Below, piece after piece: positions 12,255 through 24,848 of a stretch of 41,735 nt of DNA. Every line of letters starts with the position of its first letter. Position 1 is the stretch's first letter. The stretch is from Folioceros fuciformis. Lineage: Eukaryota. The position numbers were made by a program, and so were the translations under genes. The stretch covers positions 1 through 41,735 of the forward strand of contig JBNGIO010006246.1 in assembly GCA_049999805.1 (NCBI GenBank), written 5' to 3'. The notes under the pieces are model-generated. The model worked only from the letters and a program-made list of their open reading frames with translations. It was not told where the DNA came from and searched no databases.

Positions 12255-13577
12255 CGCTTCAACGGCCTCATAGAGCTAGAACCCAGTATGGTTTGCACAA
12301 ATGCAACCACACCAAACTTCTTACAGCCTCTCCGATGACCCCCAAGGAATCGCACACCATATACCCAGCAACTTCTTGACCTCGCAGGACAGCCCAGGTT
12401 GGCAGCTCTAGGGGTGTCCCCACAGGACACGCGTAGCTCCATGCCCTTGCAGCTCCGGGGCAGTGCTTCTCTGTATTGACTGCCTACTCCTGGCAAGGGA
12501 GCAGAACTTCACTCCCCACCAATTTCCCTCCCCCAGTTCCCTATACACGAAGGGATTGAATTGTTTGCCGCACAGAATGCTAAAGCAAATACCCCAGACG
12601 AGGATTTTGCTGCCAAGTGCTTTGAGTAATTCCGGGTTCTATACTCTTCACTCGCCCTTGTGAAGCCTTAGGCACGACATGACGGGTAAGGTTCGGGGCA
12701 TGAATTTCCTTTCAGCAGTCAGTCAGCAGGTACCAGGAGATTGGGAGCATGGTCCGGCACAGCTCAAGGTGCATGGCTTGTTGGCCTCCCTCACGGATTA
12801 GGTTGGCGAACCAGCTGCGACTGTGCAGAAACTAGCTGAAGGCTTTGCCATTAGCGTACAATCAACCCAGGACCTTGGTAAAAACGCGTCCTTCTCACAA
12901 GCAAACCATAATAACCAGTTGTAATCAGACGAACTGTGATGTGAACCTCGTTGTTTAAGGTCCTCGTCATGCAGAAGCTAAAAACAACACAGAAAACGTG
13001 AAGCTCTAGAGTGTGGAAGAACGGATAATGCATGGAACGATAGAAAAGGCCAACAAGGGAGGTCCAGAACTGCTGCTTCTGCAGGTTCCTAGGAGCCTTA
13101 TCCACACTCCAAGGTCTGCAACGTAAAATGAACCTCGTTCGGGCAGCACTTGTGGTCAAAAAAACCCCGCGGCTCCTGTGGCGTCGCGAGTCGTGAAAAC
13201 GGCCCGTTGCCAGCAATCCGCCGGCGCCACGTCCACTCCACTGTAATATCGGCTCAAACGCAGTCCTGGCCGGTCCAGGACCGGGAATACCAGTGACCAG
13301 CTGAACACAGCCTGCCTATAACACGCCTGCGCCTGGCCAAGCATTCTTTGATTCTCATCCATGTGCCCACGTCCCAGGGTTGTAGAAGGCACCAGGAATC
13401 CAGCGCCAAATGGAGCTGCGTTTTAATTGCACTGTGCCAATCGATCCAGGCGCATTCGGCTGTAGCAGCAGCAATAGCAACAGCTACAGCAGATTCTCCC
13501 CACAACCCACAACCCGATCACGCAGATGCCTGGACCAGCAGCAGCGGAGCTCCTCGTTTCCCACATTCCTCTAAGGC

Positions 13578-16500
13578 ATGTCGGGGATAATGGGGTCGGC
13601 AGGGACCCGGCATTGGCGTCACGCACCATCTGCGGCTCCACTCGTCCCGTCCTCCCTGGTACCGTTTCTGGCCTAGGTGGGTGGTTTGTGTCTGGTGAAT
13701 CCTGAATTTGGGCAGCGAGGAATTGAGCTTGTTGGCGTGGTTTCAATCAGATGGTGCAACGACGGGGGTTGCCCTTGCTGGGCCACGGGAAGGTCTGGGA
13801 GCAGGCTGCTGGTGGGCGTCTGCAGTGGTCTCGGAACGGGCTTTCGGACCCTGGCCCATGGCACCACTCTGGCTCTCTCCTCATCTTGAGGAGGAAGAGG
13901 GCCGAAATTCGGGGGCTGGGGATTGTGAGTCTGAATGTGCATATGCAGAGACTGCCGGCAGCAGCAAGCTCGTTCTGCTTTGTTGTTGGGTTAAGGAAGA
14001 GGGGACAGTTGGTGTTGGGTTTTAGAGGGGGCAGGAGTAGGAGAAACCAGTCCGTCATCATCAGGTCACATGCTGAAATTGCATCAGGGGTAGAGATTAT
14101 CAACAGCCTGGGTTTGGATACTTTGACATTCTTAGCAGCAACGGTATTCTTCGTTCCTGCCTTCAAGGCCATCAAGGCCAGTCCGGTGAGTGGGGTGGTT
14201 TGTATGCTATGGGGAGTGTCAGAAACTCTCTGTACTGTTCCCAAAATTGTAGGACACCTTATAGTACTTGTCTTCCAGGCCACCTGAAGGTCCGTTCTGG
14301 ACGTTCCTACTGTTCAGATTCTAGGATTTCTCTTGTCCGGATTGATACTCAATCAACTCGGCATGATTCGAAATGTCACGGAAATCAAGGCATTGGCGGA
14401 GCTTGGTATTCTTTTTCTTGTAAGTTTCCAGGCTTGTTGGGAGTATCGAGCATGGCAGTTGCTAGTGGACCCAGGTTGAGAACAGAAATGCTCATCCTTT
14501 GTCTTGTGTGCTTCCTGTTATCATTCAGCTGTTTGAGATGGGTTTGGAGCTCTCCCTTGCTCGCTTGAAGGCCTTGGCAAAGTTTGCCTTTGGCATCGGT
14601 TTAGCGCAGGTGAGAGTTGGAGTTATCACCGGAGTTTGAGTATAATCAAACAAGTCGAATCACGAACAGGCACAGAAGGCTGGACAAGAGAGTCACGGTG
14701 TGTGTTTGGTGGCTATCATGCAGGTTATTCTGTGCACACTGGCATTCACTGCTTTTGAACTTCCACCTGGTGGGGCTATGGGCACGAAGATATTGGAGTT
14801 CGTGTTCCATGCGAAGCCATCCCTGGTACGCCTGTGGTTGTGCAGATCTCCCTTCTGTAGGTGACTTCCTCCACAAGGCTCTCTGCTTGAGTTAATGTAG
14901 CAGGTTCTGAGACGTATAGGTGCAGGTGGACATCCGTTCTATTGATGAAGCTGTGGTCATAGGAGCGGCTCTCTCGCTCTCGTCTTCTGCCTTTGTGCTG
15001 CAGGTACTTATATTGGGCCATGCCGCTTCTGATATTAATAACCTGTTGCATTTCAACTGGGGCACGTCACTGACTATGCAATGCTTGCCCTCAGCTCCTT
15101 GCAGAAAAGGGTGAGCTTCCTACCCGTTTTGGGTCTGCTACACTCGGGATCCTCCTCCTCCAGGTTGGCGTCCCTGGCAATATATGAATTGCATCAAGAT
15201 TTTTATGTTCTTGGAGGCACTTAGTGCTGCCGTAGACATCTACAAGTGATTCTCTAATTCGTGTGCAGGACATCGCAGTGGTGCCCTTGCTTGTGATTCT
15301 CCCCATTCTGGAGTCTGGGGTTTAAATTCTGAACTCAAGACATCTCCTTTACATCCTTGGGCCTCTTCTTTCTTTTGAAACATTTGAGACCATAATTCTT
15401 GGTTCTTTCTCGTCCAGAATTTCACTGAGGAGAGCCTTTGGCCGATGCTAGCCGTCGAGAGCTTGAAAGCACTAGGTGGCCTGGGTGCCCTTTCCTTTGG
15501 GGGTCAGATTTTTCTTCGACGCTTGTTTGAGGTTTGTTCTCTTGTTACTTTCTTTTGGACTGTTCGGAGTTGAAATGTGGAAGGGTTCACTTACGGATTT
15601 TCTGGCCGCTCTCAGATAGTTGCAGATTCGAGGAGCTCAGAGGCATTTGTAGCCTTATGTTTGCTGACAGTCACCGGCACCTCGCTGTTAACACAGATGC
15701 TTGGTTTTAGTGACACGGTATGCTTGTATCTGTTTTTGTTTTGGTGGGTTGCCAAGTCCCTCGATGTGTAAAATGACATGTCTGTTGCTCTGGTCTCTGC
15801 CAGTTAGGTGCGTTTTTGGCTGGTGCTCTCTTAGCGGAGACGAATTATCGCACTCAAGTAGAGGCAGACATACGTCCATTTAGAGGACTTCTGCTTGGGC
15901 TCTTCTTCGTCACTACAGGGACCTCAATCGACATGCAGGTGAGACACAAGCTGTCTCAGAATGTTATCACCACTATTGCACAAGTGAATTCGCACTCGTT
16001 ACTAATCACTCCGTTGTGGGCATGGCTGTACACTCAGCTGCTCTTGCGTGAGTGGCCCAACATTCTGGCTCTTCTCGTTGGTTTGATTACCATCAAGACG
16101 ACTATAATCACAGCCATTGGTCCACGAGTAGGCCTAACCTTAGCAGAGAGTGTGCGTCTGGGACTACTTCTCTCCCAGGGTGGAGAATTTGCGTTCGTTG
16201 TGTTCTCTCTTGCCAATCGGTGAGTGGCTGCTTCTGTGACTGCATTTGGAGGAAGAAGTGCAGCTGAAGTGACCGTCATTCATGTGTTGCATTACAAGTG
16301 ACGTCGTGCCTTTCTCCTGTCGCGTAACAGACTTGGTGTGCTGCCCTTGGAACTGAACCGCCTACTTATCATCGTCGTGGTGCTGTCCATGGCCCTGACA
16401 CCATTTTTGAATGAGCTGGGGCGAAAGGCTGCAGCGATGATAGAGTCAGGGTCTGACGGCGGGGACGAATTCGTGAGTTCCTGCTCACTCCCTAGGACAG

Positions 16501-18397
16501 AACTGTAGTTTGATGCATGTATCATATTCTCTCGCTGCTTTGAAGCTCACCGCATGGGTGCATCCTTCCAGGTCGAAGCCACAAGGGTTCGAGATCTCGA
16601 GTGCTACAATCCGGTTGTAATATTAGGATTCGGGCAAATGGGACAGGTGAGTGCCCAAGAACAAGGCATTTTACTCCCACCATGCAGCTTCAAGTCGATG
16701 ATGATGATTCATCTTCCTTCATTGACATACTTGTCATGCTTACAGGTGCTGGCCAACTTTTTGTCAGCACCTCTAGCCACCGGCGAAGGTGGAGATGCTG
16801 CTGGCTGGCCCTATGTTGCTTTTGATCTCGACCCCGGGAGAGTGAAGGTAAAGCTGCAAGCTGCAACCCGATGCCGAGACGTACATTTGTCCCTTAACGC
16901 ATGCTTCCTTCTTGATGATCGTTGTGCAGGCTGCTCGAAAACTGGGGTTCCCCGTACTGTATGGAGACGGAGCTAGGCCCGCGGTTCTGGAAACCGTCGG
17001 GATCTCCATGCCTAAAGCGGTCATGGTGATGTATACGGGAAGACAAAAGGCTGTGAGGGCCGTCGAAAGGCTCCGTCTTGCGTTCCCCGGGGTACCAATG
17101 AACGAGTGACTCAGAATGTCACAATCTCTGGTCTCAGTTGCATCTGAACAAGCGACGTTTGCATCTGTTTCAAACCCGACATCTGATCACAATCCCGACA
17201 TCTGATCACAGCCCCGTGTTTGTTCATGTAGGTTCCCATATACGCAAGGGCCCAGGACCTAGGCCATCTCCTGGAGTTGAAGGGAGCGGGCGCGACTGAC
17301 GCCATTCTTGAAAACGCAGAGGTGCGCGTACATTGTACAAACTCTGGCATTGGCAACGACAGGCAGACAAAAACAGTGTGATCTCACGAGGCCCGTGTGC
17401 GGTTGCAGACTAGCCTGGAGCTAGGATCGGTATTGCTGCGGGGACTGGGAGTGCTGTCGGACGATGTGGTTTTCCTGAGACGGCTCATGCGCGAATCCAT
17501 GGAGTTGCGTGCGCAGGAAGCCTTGGAGAAGAAGGACGCTCAGGACGGCACTTGGTTTGGGCCGTTTCAGGTAACTTGGACCGAACTACTTGATTTCATC
17601 CTTCCTCGATCCAGACTTCTTCCTTGCCACACGTACATCTCTCTACGGTAGGGTTTCTCACGACTTGAGACGTTGTCGTCTTCGTGGTCGTGGCTTTCTC
17701 CCAGGCGAAAGTGAAACAGGCATTGCGTCCGAGGAGTAAGCCTCCGGCGTCCCATGAGGACGAGGCTTCCTCATCGGCTGCTTCCGCCTCCACCAACAGC
17801 AAACCGACAGTGTGGACCGTAAGTAACGCGCAGGCCGGCAGTGGTGAAACTGGCAGTCAACCCGTCTCGACCAACGGCGCCCGGCCAGATGTCCAGAGCG
17901 CGCTGCTGGAGTCTGGCAAAGGGAGCTTCTTGGACGATGCCGAGACGGGTGGCAGCATCTTGTCCGCATCCGTGGCCGTGGTGGCTCCGACAGGGCTCGT
18001 CTTGCAGACGCAATCTGCATCTGGAGCCGGATCCGCTTGCCAGGAGCAAGAGCAGGAGCAACAACAGCAGCAAGAAGAGCAGCAAGCTCACGCCGCGGGT
18101 GCGAACGGCGTCGTCCCGGATGCCCTGACTGTGACCATGAGCAGCGAACCAAGCGCTGCGGCGGCGGAATCGAGCGCTTCACAGCAGACGGGCCTGGCGA
18201 GTCGCAGGCTGAAGTGGCGCAAGGTGAGGCGGTTCGTCGGGGAGGAAGACGGTGGCGTGACGGTGTGCTCCCTGGAGCCCCCCTCGGAGGAGCTTGTGGC
18301 GGAAGGGGAGGACAGTGATGAGGCGGAGGACGAGTTGGACGAGAGCCTGCCGTGCATCGAACGGGAGATAAGGGGATTGAAGGACAGAGATTGCTGA
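13578..18397 (+). CDS. KEA3: Chloroplast thylakoid K+ efflux antiporter KEA3 (CPA2 transmembrane domain + KTN/RCK domain), many exons
   Basis: Exons encode VEIINSLGLDTLTFLAATVFFVPAFKAIKASP, LFEMGLELSLARLKALAKFAFG, IDEAVVIGAALSLSSSAFVLQ, LAETNYRTQVEADIRPFRGLLLGLFF, GLLLSQGGEFAFVVFSLANR, PVVILGFGQMGQ, GFPVLYGDGARP, GATDAILEN. Exon 1 (13578-13658) splices in frame to 13751; last exon 17705-18397. Start is tentative. Confidence 0.92.
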
Positions 18398-19264
18398 CGC
18401 GAGAGAGAGAGGTTAATGAGGGACTTTGATTCTCTTCCCCCAGATCTGTAATTGTACCATAGCCGCAGCGGCAGCAACTTTGTACAACAAGCAAGGAGGT
18501 GTGTGTGTGTATGTGACCATGATGAAATAGGGATGCACTGCTCTGAATGGGGGAGACGATGGGACGGGTTGAAGGCCTAAGTCAGGTAACGAGGGTGGTC
18601 CGGTCTGTCTCCGGTTGCCGGTGGCAGTGGCGTTTAATTAAGCGGCAAGTGGGGAGGGGACACTGTACGTGTTGCACTGTTACTGTGGCAGTAAAGGGAG
18701 GCAACGTTCAAATGGGCTGATTAACCGGGGACGATGGAGACCTGGTTGTCCGTTCAAACGGCCTGATTAAGCGGAGACGATGCTTGTCCCGGGCCTCGGA
18801 GTGGCTGTCAGTGTGCAGTTGACGTTGAAGAGAGCGGAATTAAAGTAGTGTTGTTGATGAGGTGCGCAGAGCACCTGCCCGCATTCTCGAGGCCGCCTGC
18901 CAGATTTGGCGTTGGGGAGGCGGGGCGGGTGCGGGTGAGAGCCGGTGGCGAGAGACCAGAGGACGTTGGGAGTTGCAGTGTCCGGATTTTGCCCATCGCG
19001 ATCGCCAGCCTTCAATGATGATAGCAGAAGAGGAAGAGCGGCGTGGGAAGGGGCGCTGGTTGGATTTTGGTGGCAGAAGAATGCCGGGCGGAATTCTAGC
19101 TGCTCCAACTCTGACAGAAGGGCCGATTTGATAGCTGCTGGTGAGGGAGCTGTTGCTGGATCCCATGGCTGGTGACGAATCGGACCTCGGTTGAGAGAGG
19201 CTGCAGTCCCGGCCGCTGCTGCTTCTCTCAGTGCCCCGCCTGCTGCCGCTGCACCCAGCAGGCG

Positions 19265-21012
19265 ATGGCGGGTTACCGAGTTCGGTTCTACGATGACGAC
19301 GACGACGATGACCTNNNNNNNNNNNNNNNNNNNNNNNNNNNNNNNNNNNNNNNNNNNNNNNNNNNNNNNNNNNNNNNNNNNNNNNNNNNNNNNNNNNNNN
19401 NNNNNNNNNNNNNNNNNNNNNNNNNNNNNNNNNNNNNNNNNNNNNNNNNNNNNNNNNNNNNNNNNNNNNNNNNNNNNNNNNNNNNNNNNNNNNNNNNNNN
19501 NNNNNNNNNNNNNNNNNNNNNNNNNNNNNNNNNNNNNNNNNNNNNNNNNNNNNNNNNNNNNNNNNNNNNNNNNNNNNNNNNNNNNNNNNNNNNNNNNNNN
19601 NNNNNNNNNNNNNNNNNNNNNNNNNNNNNNNNNNNNNNNNNNNNNNNNNNNNNNNNNNNNNNNNNNNNNNNNNNNNNNNNNNNNNNNNNNNNNNNNNNNN
19701 NNNNNNNNNNNNNNATTTCCAGGTGGTGAGCGGGTGGAGGGACTTGTGGGCGGCAATCCTGTTTATGCTTCACGTGGCGGCGGTGGCAGGGATGGCCATT
19801 ATTTTCGGGCTGCGGGCCCTGGGCAAGAGCAGCAGCAGGCTGGGGGGACTGGCGGGGGGAGCCCACAGGTACGACATTCTGGAGTGGGTGCCGCAGATGG
19901 GCGCGGCCGGGGCGGTGGGGCTGGTGTTCTCGCTGGTGTGGCAAACCCTGTTTCGTGTGTACATGGAGAACATGGTGGTGTTCGCGATGTGGTTCGGGGT
20001 GTTGGCCATGTTCTGCCTGGGGATCGTGCTCATCTCTACGGGCACGGCTATTGGGACAGTGGGGCTCATCTTCATCCTGTCCGCGGTGCTGCAGGCGCTC
20101 TACACGTACCGCGAGCGGCCCCGCAAGGAGTTCACCAACGACATGTTGGCCAAGCTGCTGCTCATCAAGCCCCACTACCGCTTCTCCATGTTCTTCGTCA
20201 CCTACTGCGGGCTACTGGTGGCGGCGGCGTGGCAAGGGTTGTTCATCTTCGGCGTGGCGGGCGCCATTTCCCAGAGCTACGCTGGCTACTTCGTGCTCAT
20301 CTTCATCGTCAGCCTGGCGTGGACCATGGAGGTGATCAAGAATGTGCTGAACGTGACGGTGTCAAGCGTTGTGGCCATCTACTACTTCCAGGAGAATTGC
20401 ATGCCGCGGGGGCCGGCCCGGCACGCGCTGCTGCGGGCCTGTTCCACCTCCCTCGGCAGCGTATGTTTAGGATCAATGTTCGTGGCGCCCATCGGCGCCC
20501 TGCGCATTGTGGTGCGCGCCGTGAGCAGCTCGCAGGGCGGCCGCGAGTTTCCCTTCTCCTGCTGCTCCTGCCTGGACGCAGGGCTGCAGTGGCTCTCCCG
20601 GTACTTCAACAAGTGGGCCTTCGTGCACGTGGCCATCTACGGCAAGAGCTTCGTCTGGGCTGCGCGCAGCACTTGGGACATGGTGAAGCAACAGGGGGTG
20701 CAGCCGCTGCTGGAGGACGATCTCACCGACAATGTCTTTTTCGTGGGCTCATTCGCCGGGGGTTCTCTATCCGCGATAGTGGGTGCTAGCTGGGAGTGGG
20801 CCACGCACAAGAATTTCACTGTCTCTGTAGCCGTGATCTCCTTCTTTTTGGGCTACTTCTTCACATACATTTCCGTGGTGGTATACCAAAGCGGCATAGC
20901 TGCCATTTATGTGTGCTACGCCGAGGACCCCGAGACTTTGCGACGACACGACCAAGGGACCTTCGGCCGGATGCAGGAGCGCCTCAATCACCTCAAGCCT
21001 CAAGTGTCCTGA
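19265..21012 (+). CDS. Plasma-membrane choline transporter-like (CTL/PNS1 family) protein, 5' part interrupted by assembly gap
   Basis: The 19723-21012 exon (acceptor TTCCAG at 19722) is multi-TM with WRDLWAAILF, SLAWTMEVIKNV, TSLGSVCLGS, YFNKWAFVHVAIYGKSFVWAAR, YVCYAEDP. A probable first exon MAGYRVRFYDDDD starts at 19265, before the gap. Confidence 0.85.
19315..19714. other. Assembly gap (400 N)
   Basis: Run of N. Confidence 1.
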
Positions 21013-22050
21013 GCTGAGCTTCAGGTGCACAATGCGTGCCCTTCAATTTTGTAGGCCAGGCACCCACGGAATGTTCAGTAGCACCACCGCACCACGTAGG
21101 GTCATGGCCGTGGCCGTGGTCAACGTTCTGGACTCTGATGCCTGGTGATTCCAGCCCATTCCGTGCCGCCAGCTTCACCATGCATCAGATCCTTTCCCTG
21201 CTCCCATTCCTCTTTTTTGCAGTCTGTAACATTTTGTTCCCAGTTACCCCGCGCACCTCGCCAATTGCCACCATTGGCCGAGCCGGCTATCTCTCAAGTT
21301 GTACAGATCTCCACACTATTGTGGATTTCCTCCTCTCCTAAATTATTCGCCACAGCTTGCGGCTTCCTCTGTACACCTCCTACTGTCCTGAGATTGGCAC
21401 TTGCGATGTGATACCTGTGTGCACCAGTTGCTTCTTTGAACTGCTTACATCTCACAACCAGTCGGTGCAGTTGACAAGGAAAGAGAGATGGTTACGCTTA
21501 GATGTAGCGGGGCCCGATTGATTATAAAATAGAACTACATGTACTTTGCCCGACGCAGCATCACATTCTGCGTCCACATGCTCTAGAACGTGTGTGGCCG
21601 CTAGGACGCAGAAAATGGGAGTAGTTGTAGGAATGCCACGGAGAGGCAGGAGCCGCGACAACGCAGATTCAGATACTCCTGCACACAGGAGACGACAGAC
21701 GCCTTGTGACCATAAACAGCTCGACACCTGGGGAAAACCACGGCAGGCTCGAACCGCTGATGAGCAGGCGGTTTTCCAACTCAGCTTCAATGTCTTTTAG
21801 ATTCACTACTACTCCCCGTAGCCCGTGTCACACGACTGTGGCCGAGGCATCATCAGCGCGGCACCGTAGATAAGCAGCCTACCGGAACTCGCATCTGCAG
21901 ACCCTCCGATCTCATGTCCTTGAGGAAGGATTCAGCATGCCTTTTACACAGGTGCAATCATTATTCGTACTGCTTCCACCCTGGAAAATTTGACTAACGA
22001 CGATTCACACAACGAGCAACACAGCAACCCCCCAATGAGAGTGGCCGGCT

Positions 22051-23288
22051 TCAACGATCCTTCAGTATCGTCGATAGCACCAGTTCCTGGACAAACCTCG
22101 CTCGAGTGTCTGCTTGCTTCCACCTCTGCTGCCTTTCCTCCCGTGTCAAGGAGGCTTCGAAACTGCATACCCCGACAAACGTTTCCTCACTCACTATACG
22201 AGGTGCAGGAACAAAATCCCGAACAGAACACTTTTTCAGGCAAGAGGGACGAATCTCATCACGACAGCTAAGCGGACGCACCTGGGCTTTTGATGATGCC
22301 CTGACAGCGAATGTTTTCCCGCAATGTCATCGTTGGACGTACTCGGTTTGGAGCTGTCCTCCGTTTCAGGAATAGGGAGACTGTAGACAAGGGTTGATAG
22401 CAAGGGGTCTGCCGTAGTGGGGTTTATTGAGCCTGCACGTGAAGGGCCGCCTCCCAACAGCGCCTGCAAATGGGCTTCCCTCAACTCCTTACCAAGAAGA
22501 GAAAAGGTCGCGTTAGATGGAGCTCCTGCCCTCCTAAATCTTCTCCTCCGTTGCATGTGCTGGTACCATTGTCAAGGAAAGTTTCCCGCTTTCAAGCGTA
22601 AAGTGATGATCAAAGAACAACATCACAAACAAGCTGGATGTCACCACTTTCCAGTACATGCATGAATACAAGAAAACCCAACGACCCCTAGAGTCCTGCA
22701 AGGATATCTTAAACAGATGGGCGTGTTGTAGAGTAATGTGCCCAACCATATCCTTGGCAACCTTTGCCACACAAATGGGACATATCTGGACGGACAAAGC
22801 AGAGACGAGAAAACAAATTAGAAGCCTGAAAGACGGAAAAAATTAAGGTACTTTCGAACCTCTTTTTTTTTCTTTTTTTTTTTCCCCTCAAGCGTTTCTC
22901 ACTTCCTCACGAGAGTGTAGATCCTGGAGCTTCGTCCAGGTCACAATGACTTTACCACAACTCTGGTCTCAAAGCAATGTTCATCCTCAAGGTGAGAACA
23001 TAGAGATGTGATGTCAAAATCTTCATAACAATAGGGGCAGGAAAAGTCAGGCCGCATGTCGTTGTCAGCTTCCACATCATCAATGCTAATAGGGCGACCT
23101 GCACACGCAAACGAACCGCAAAATCCGTGAGCTACCAGACATCCAGGAGTGCAATCTGTGCATGAAACCTAAAATGTCACAGGTTCCGGTTTCTTACCAC
23201 CCGTATATGAGTCAACATAGGCACTGCCAGTTTTCTGAGATACTGCTTGTCCACTGTTTTGAAGGATCCACTCTACAAACGGTCGCAT
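22051..23288 (-). CDS. DI19: Drought-induced 19 (Di19) family C2H2 zinc-finger protein
   Basis: Exons encode RPDFSCPYCYEDFDITSLCSHLEDEH, ICPICVAKVAKDMVGHITLQHAHLFK, RRRRFRR..SLLGKELREAHLQALLG..DPLLSTLV, and RARFVQELVLSTIL*. Start tentative; further upstream exons to ~23900 look non-coding. Confidence 0.9.
22557..22707 (-). other. U12-type AT-AC intron in Di19
   Basis: 5' site TTTAAG|ATATCCTT, branch point TTCCTTGAC, 3' site CAGCAC|ATG. Removal joins ..HLFK to MQRRRR in frame. Confidence 0.9.
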
Positions 23289-24848
23289 GTGAGTGGAGGA
23301 TAACCGCTCACTCCGAAGCAACCTGTCCCCTACATCGCTAGAACCTCCTGCACATCCGCAACCAGCGGGCACAAAAACGTCACGACTAGGTTTTCCAACA
23401 ACTTCCCGATTCTTCTCACATAGCAATCTGAACTACGAAGCTGAAGAGATGCCTCATCAGGTCGACAACAACCCGGATGGCATGGGAGGTCTGAAACCGA
23501 CTCATTGCAGCGTGTTGACGAGGCTGTCCCGTTGACTCAGACTCCTTTTCATGCAAAAAGCTAAGTGAGAACCACATCCACATGTACTTTGCTGCTCCAA
23601 TTAAGGAAAAGAAAACCTAAACTGGCATCACCGACACACAATTAACGCACTACGAAACACAGATGTCTCACCATCCCGAGAACTCAGATTCAAGACACAC
23701 CCCCTCCCACGCAGGTCCGACGTCCCATCCACCACTCCTCCTTCACTCTGCACGCCACCACGTCTCAAAAACCGGCTATAGAAAAATACAATCGCCGATC
23801 AAAACAGGCCAAGCTCAGGCATCCTGCACGATCCCTACCTGCTTCTTCCAATCCCTCCTTCTACACACAATCCCTGCGTCCTCACAGAGAAGATGACCAA
23901 ACAAGATGGCCAAATCAGCGGTGGCAGAAACTCCCCGCGCTGTCTCATTTGCTAGCAACAAATCCAAGATCGTTCGCATTTGCGTCTAAATGCCCAAACG
24001 TGGCACTCTCGATCAGCAACCTTTCCAGCATTTGAATACATACACCTCGTCCAGAAGGCGCAAAACCTGCCCTTTCCTTCCCTGTCCTTCCCGTCACCTT
24101 CCTTGCGCTCAAATTGGAATCGTCTCCCCAGATCCTAGCACACCAATGCAAAAACGTTCCGCCGCGTTCACGAGGCGGTCCAGATTCAACGTTCCTCCAC
24201 GCCGGATTCTGGCGCCATTCTGCTGGCTAGGAAACGGACCAACGTTAGGGCTTCGTCTCCGGCCAACGATCGTTCATTTTATGCATGACGAGATGCGCAC
24301 TCGCTCCGTCTCGCTGGACATACATACTGTATGTATGTCGCGTGTCTTCAGATCTACCTATGTGTGCATATATGCATATATATTTATACACGTATGCAAA
24401 CAACGGCTGTCGGTTCAATGGGACCACGCCAGGTGGCACAACCGTGGTCTGCCCCGACAAACGGCCGCAACTTACGATGACCCGGACACGACACCGGACA
24501 AAGCGCAAGAACAGCCGCAGCAGCCTGGACCGGACGAACCACTCCCCACCCCGGGCGATGCAGCGGACGAGAAGCTTCCGTGCCGAACAGCTCAGCGCCA
24601 GCCGCCAGCCTCCCCGCTGTGAGCATCTTGCCAGCGGGCGTCGCAAATCGGAGCGGACGTGATGAAATTGTCGGTCAGAAGATTGCTGGGCTGCGGGAGA
24701 AGGAAGAGCTTCGTGATGTTGGGTTGTGGAAGAAAGGAGCAGGAAATTTGAATTGAGGCAAGAAATTGCTGATTTGGGATAGTGGGTTGTGGAATGCGGC
24801 ATTGGATTGCAAGATCGGGTCGTCATCGGGCGAAGCAGCTGGAAACGA

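Noticed and set aside
12255-12496. N-terminal targeting-peptide extension of the PPR gene
   Set aside because: An in-frame TAG lies 7 codons upstream of the ATG at 12254; the bypass I found is a 49-nt intron, shorter than others here, so I did not call it.
18767-20789. Long ORFs running through the N gap and alternative frames over the CTL gene
   Set aside because: Artefacts of translating N and of GC-rich codon usage.
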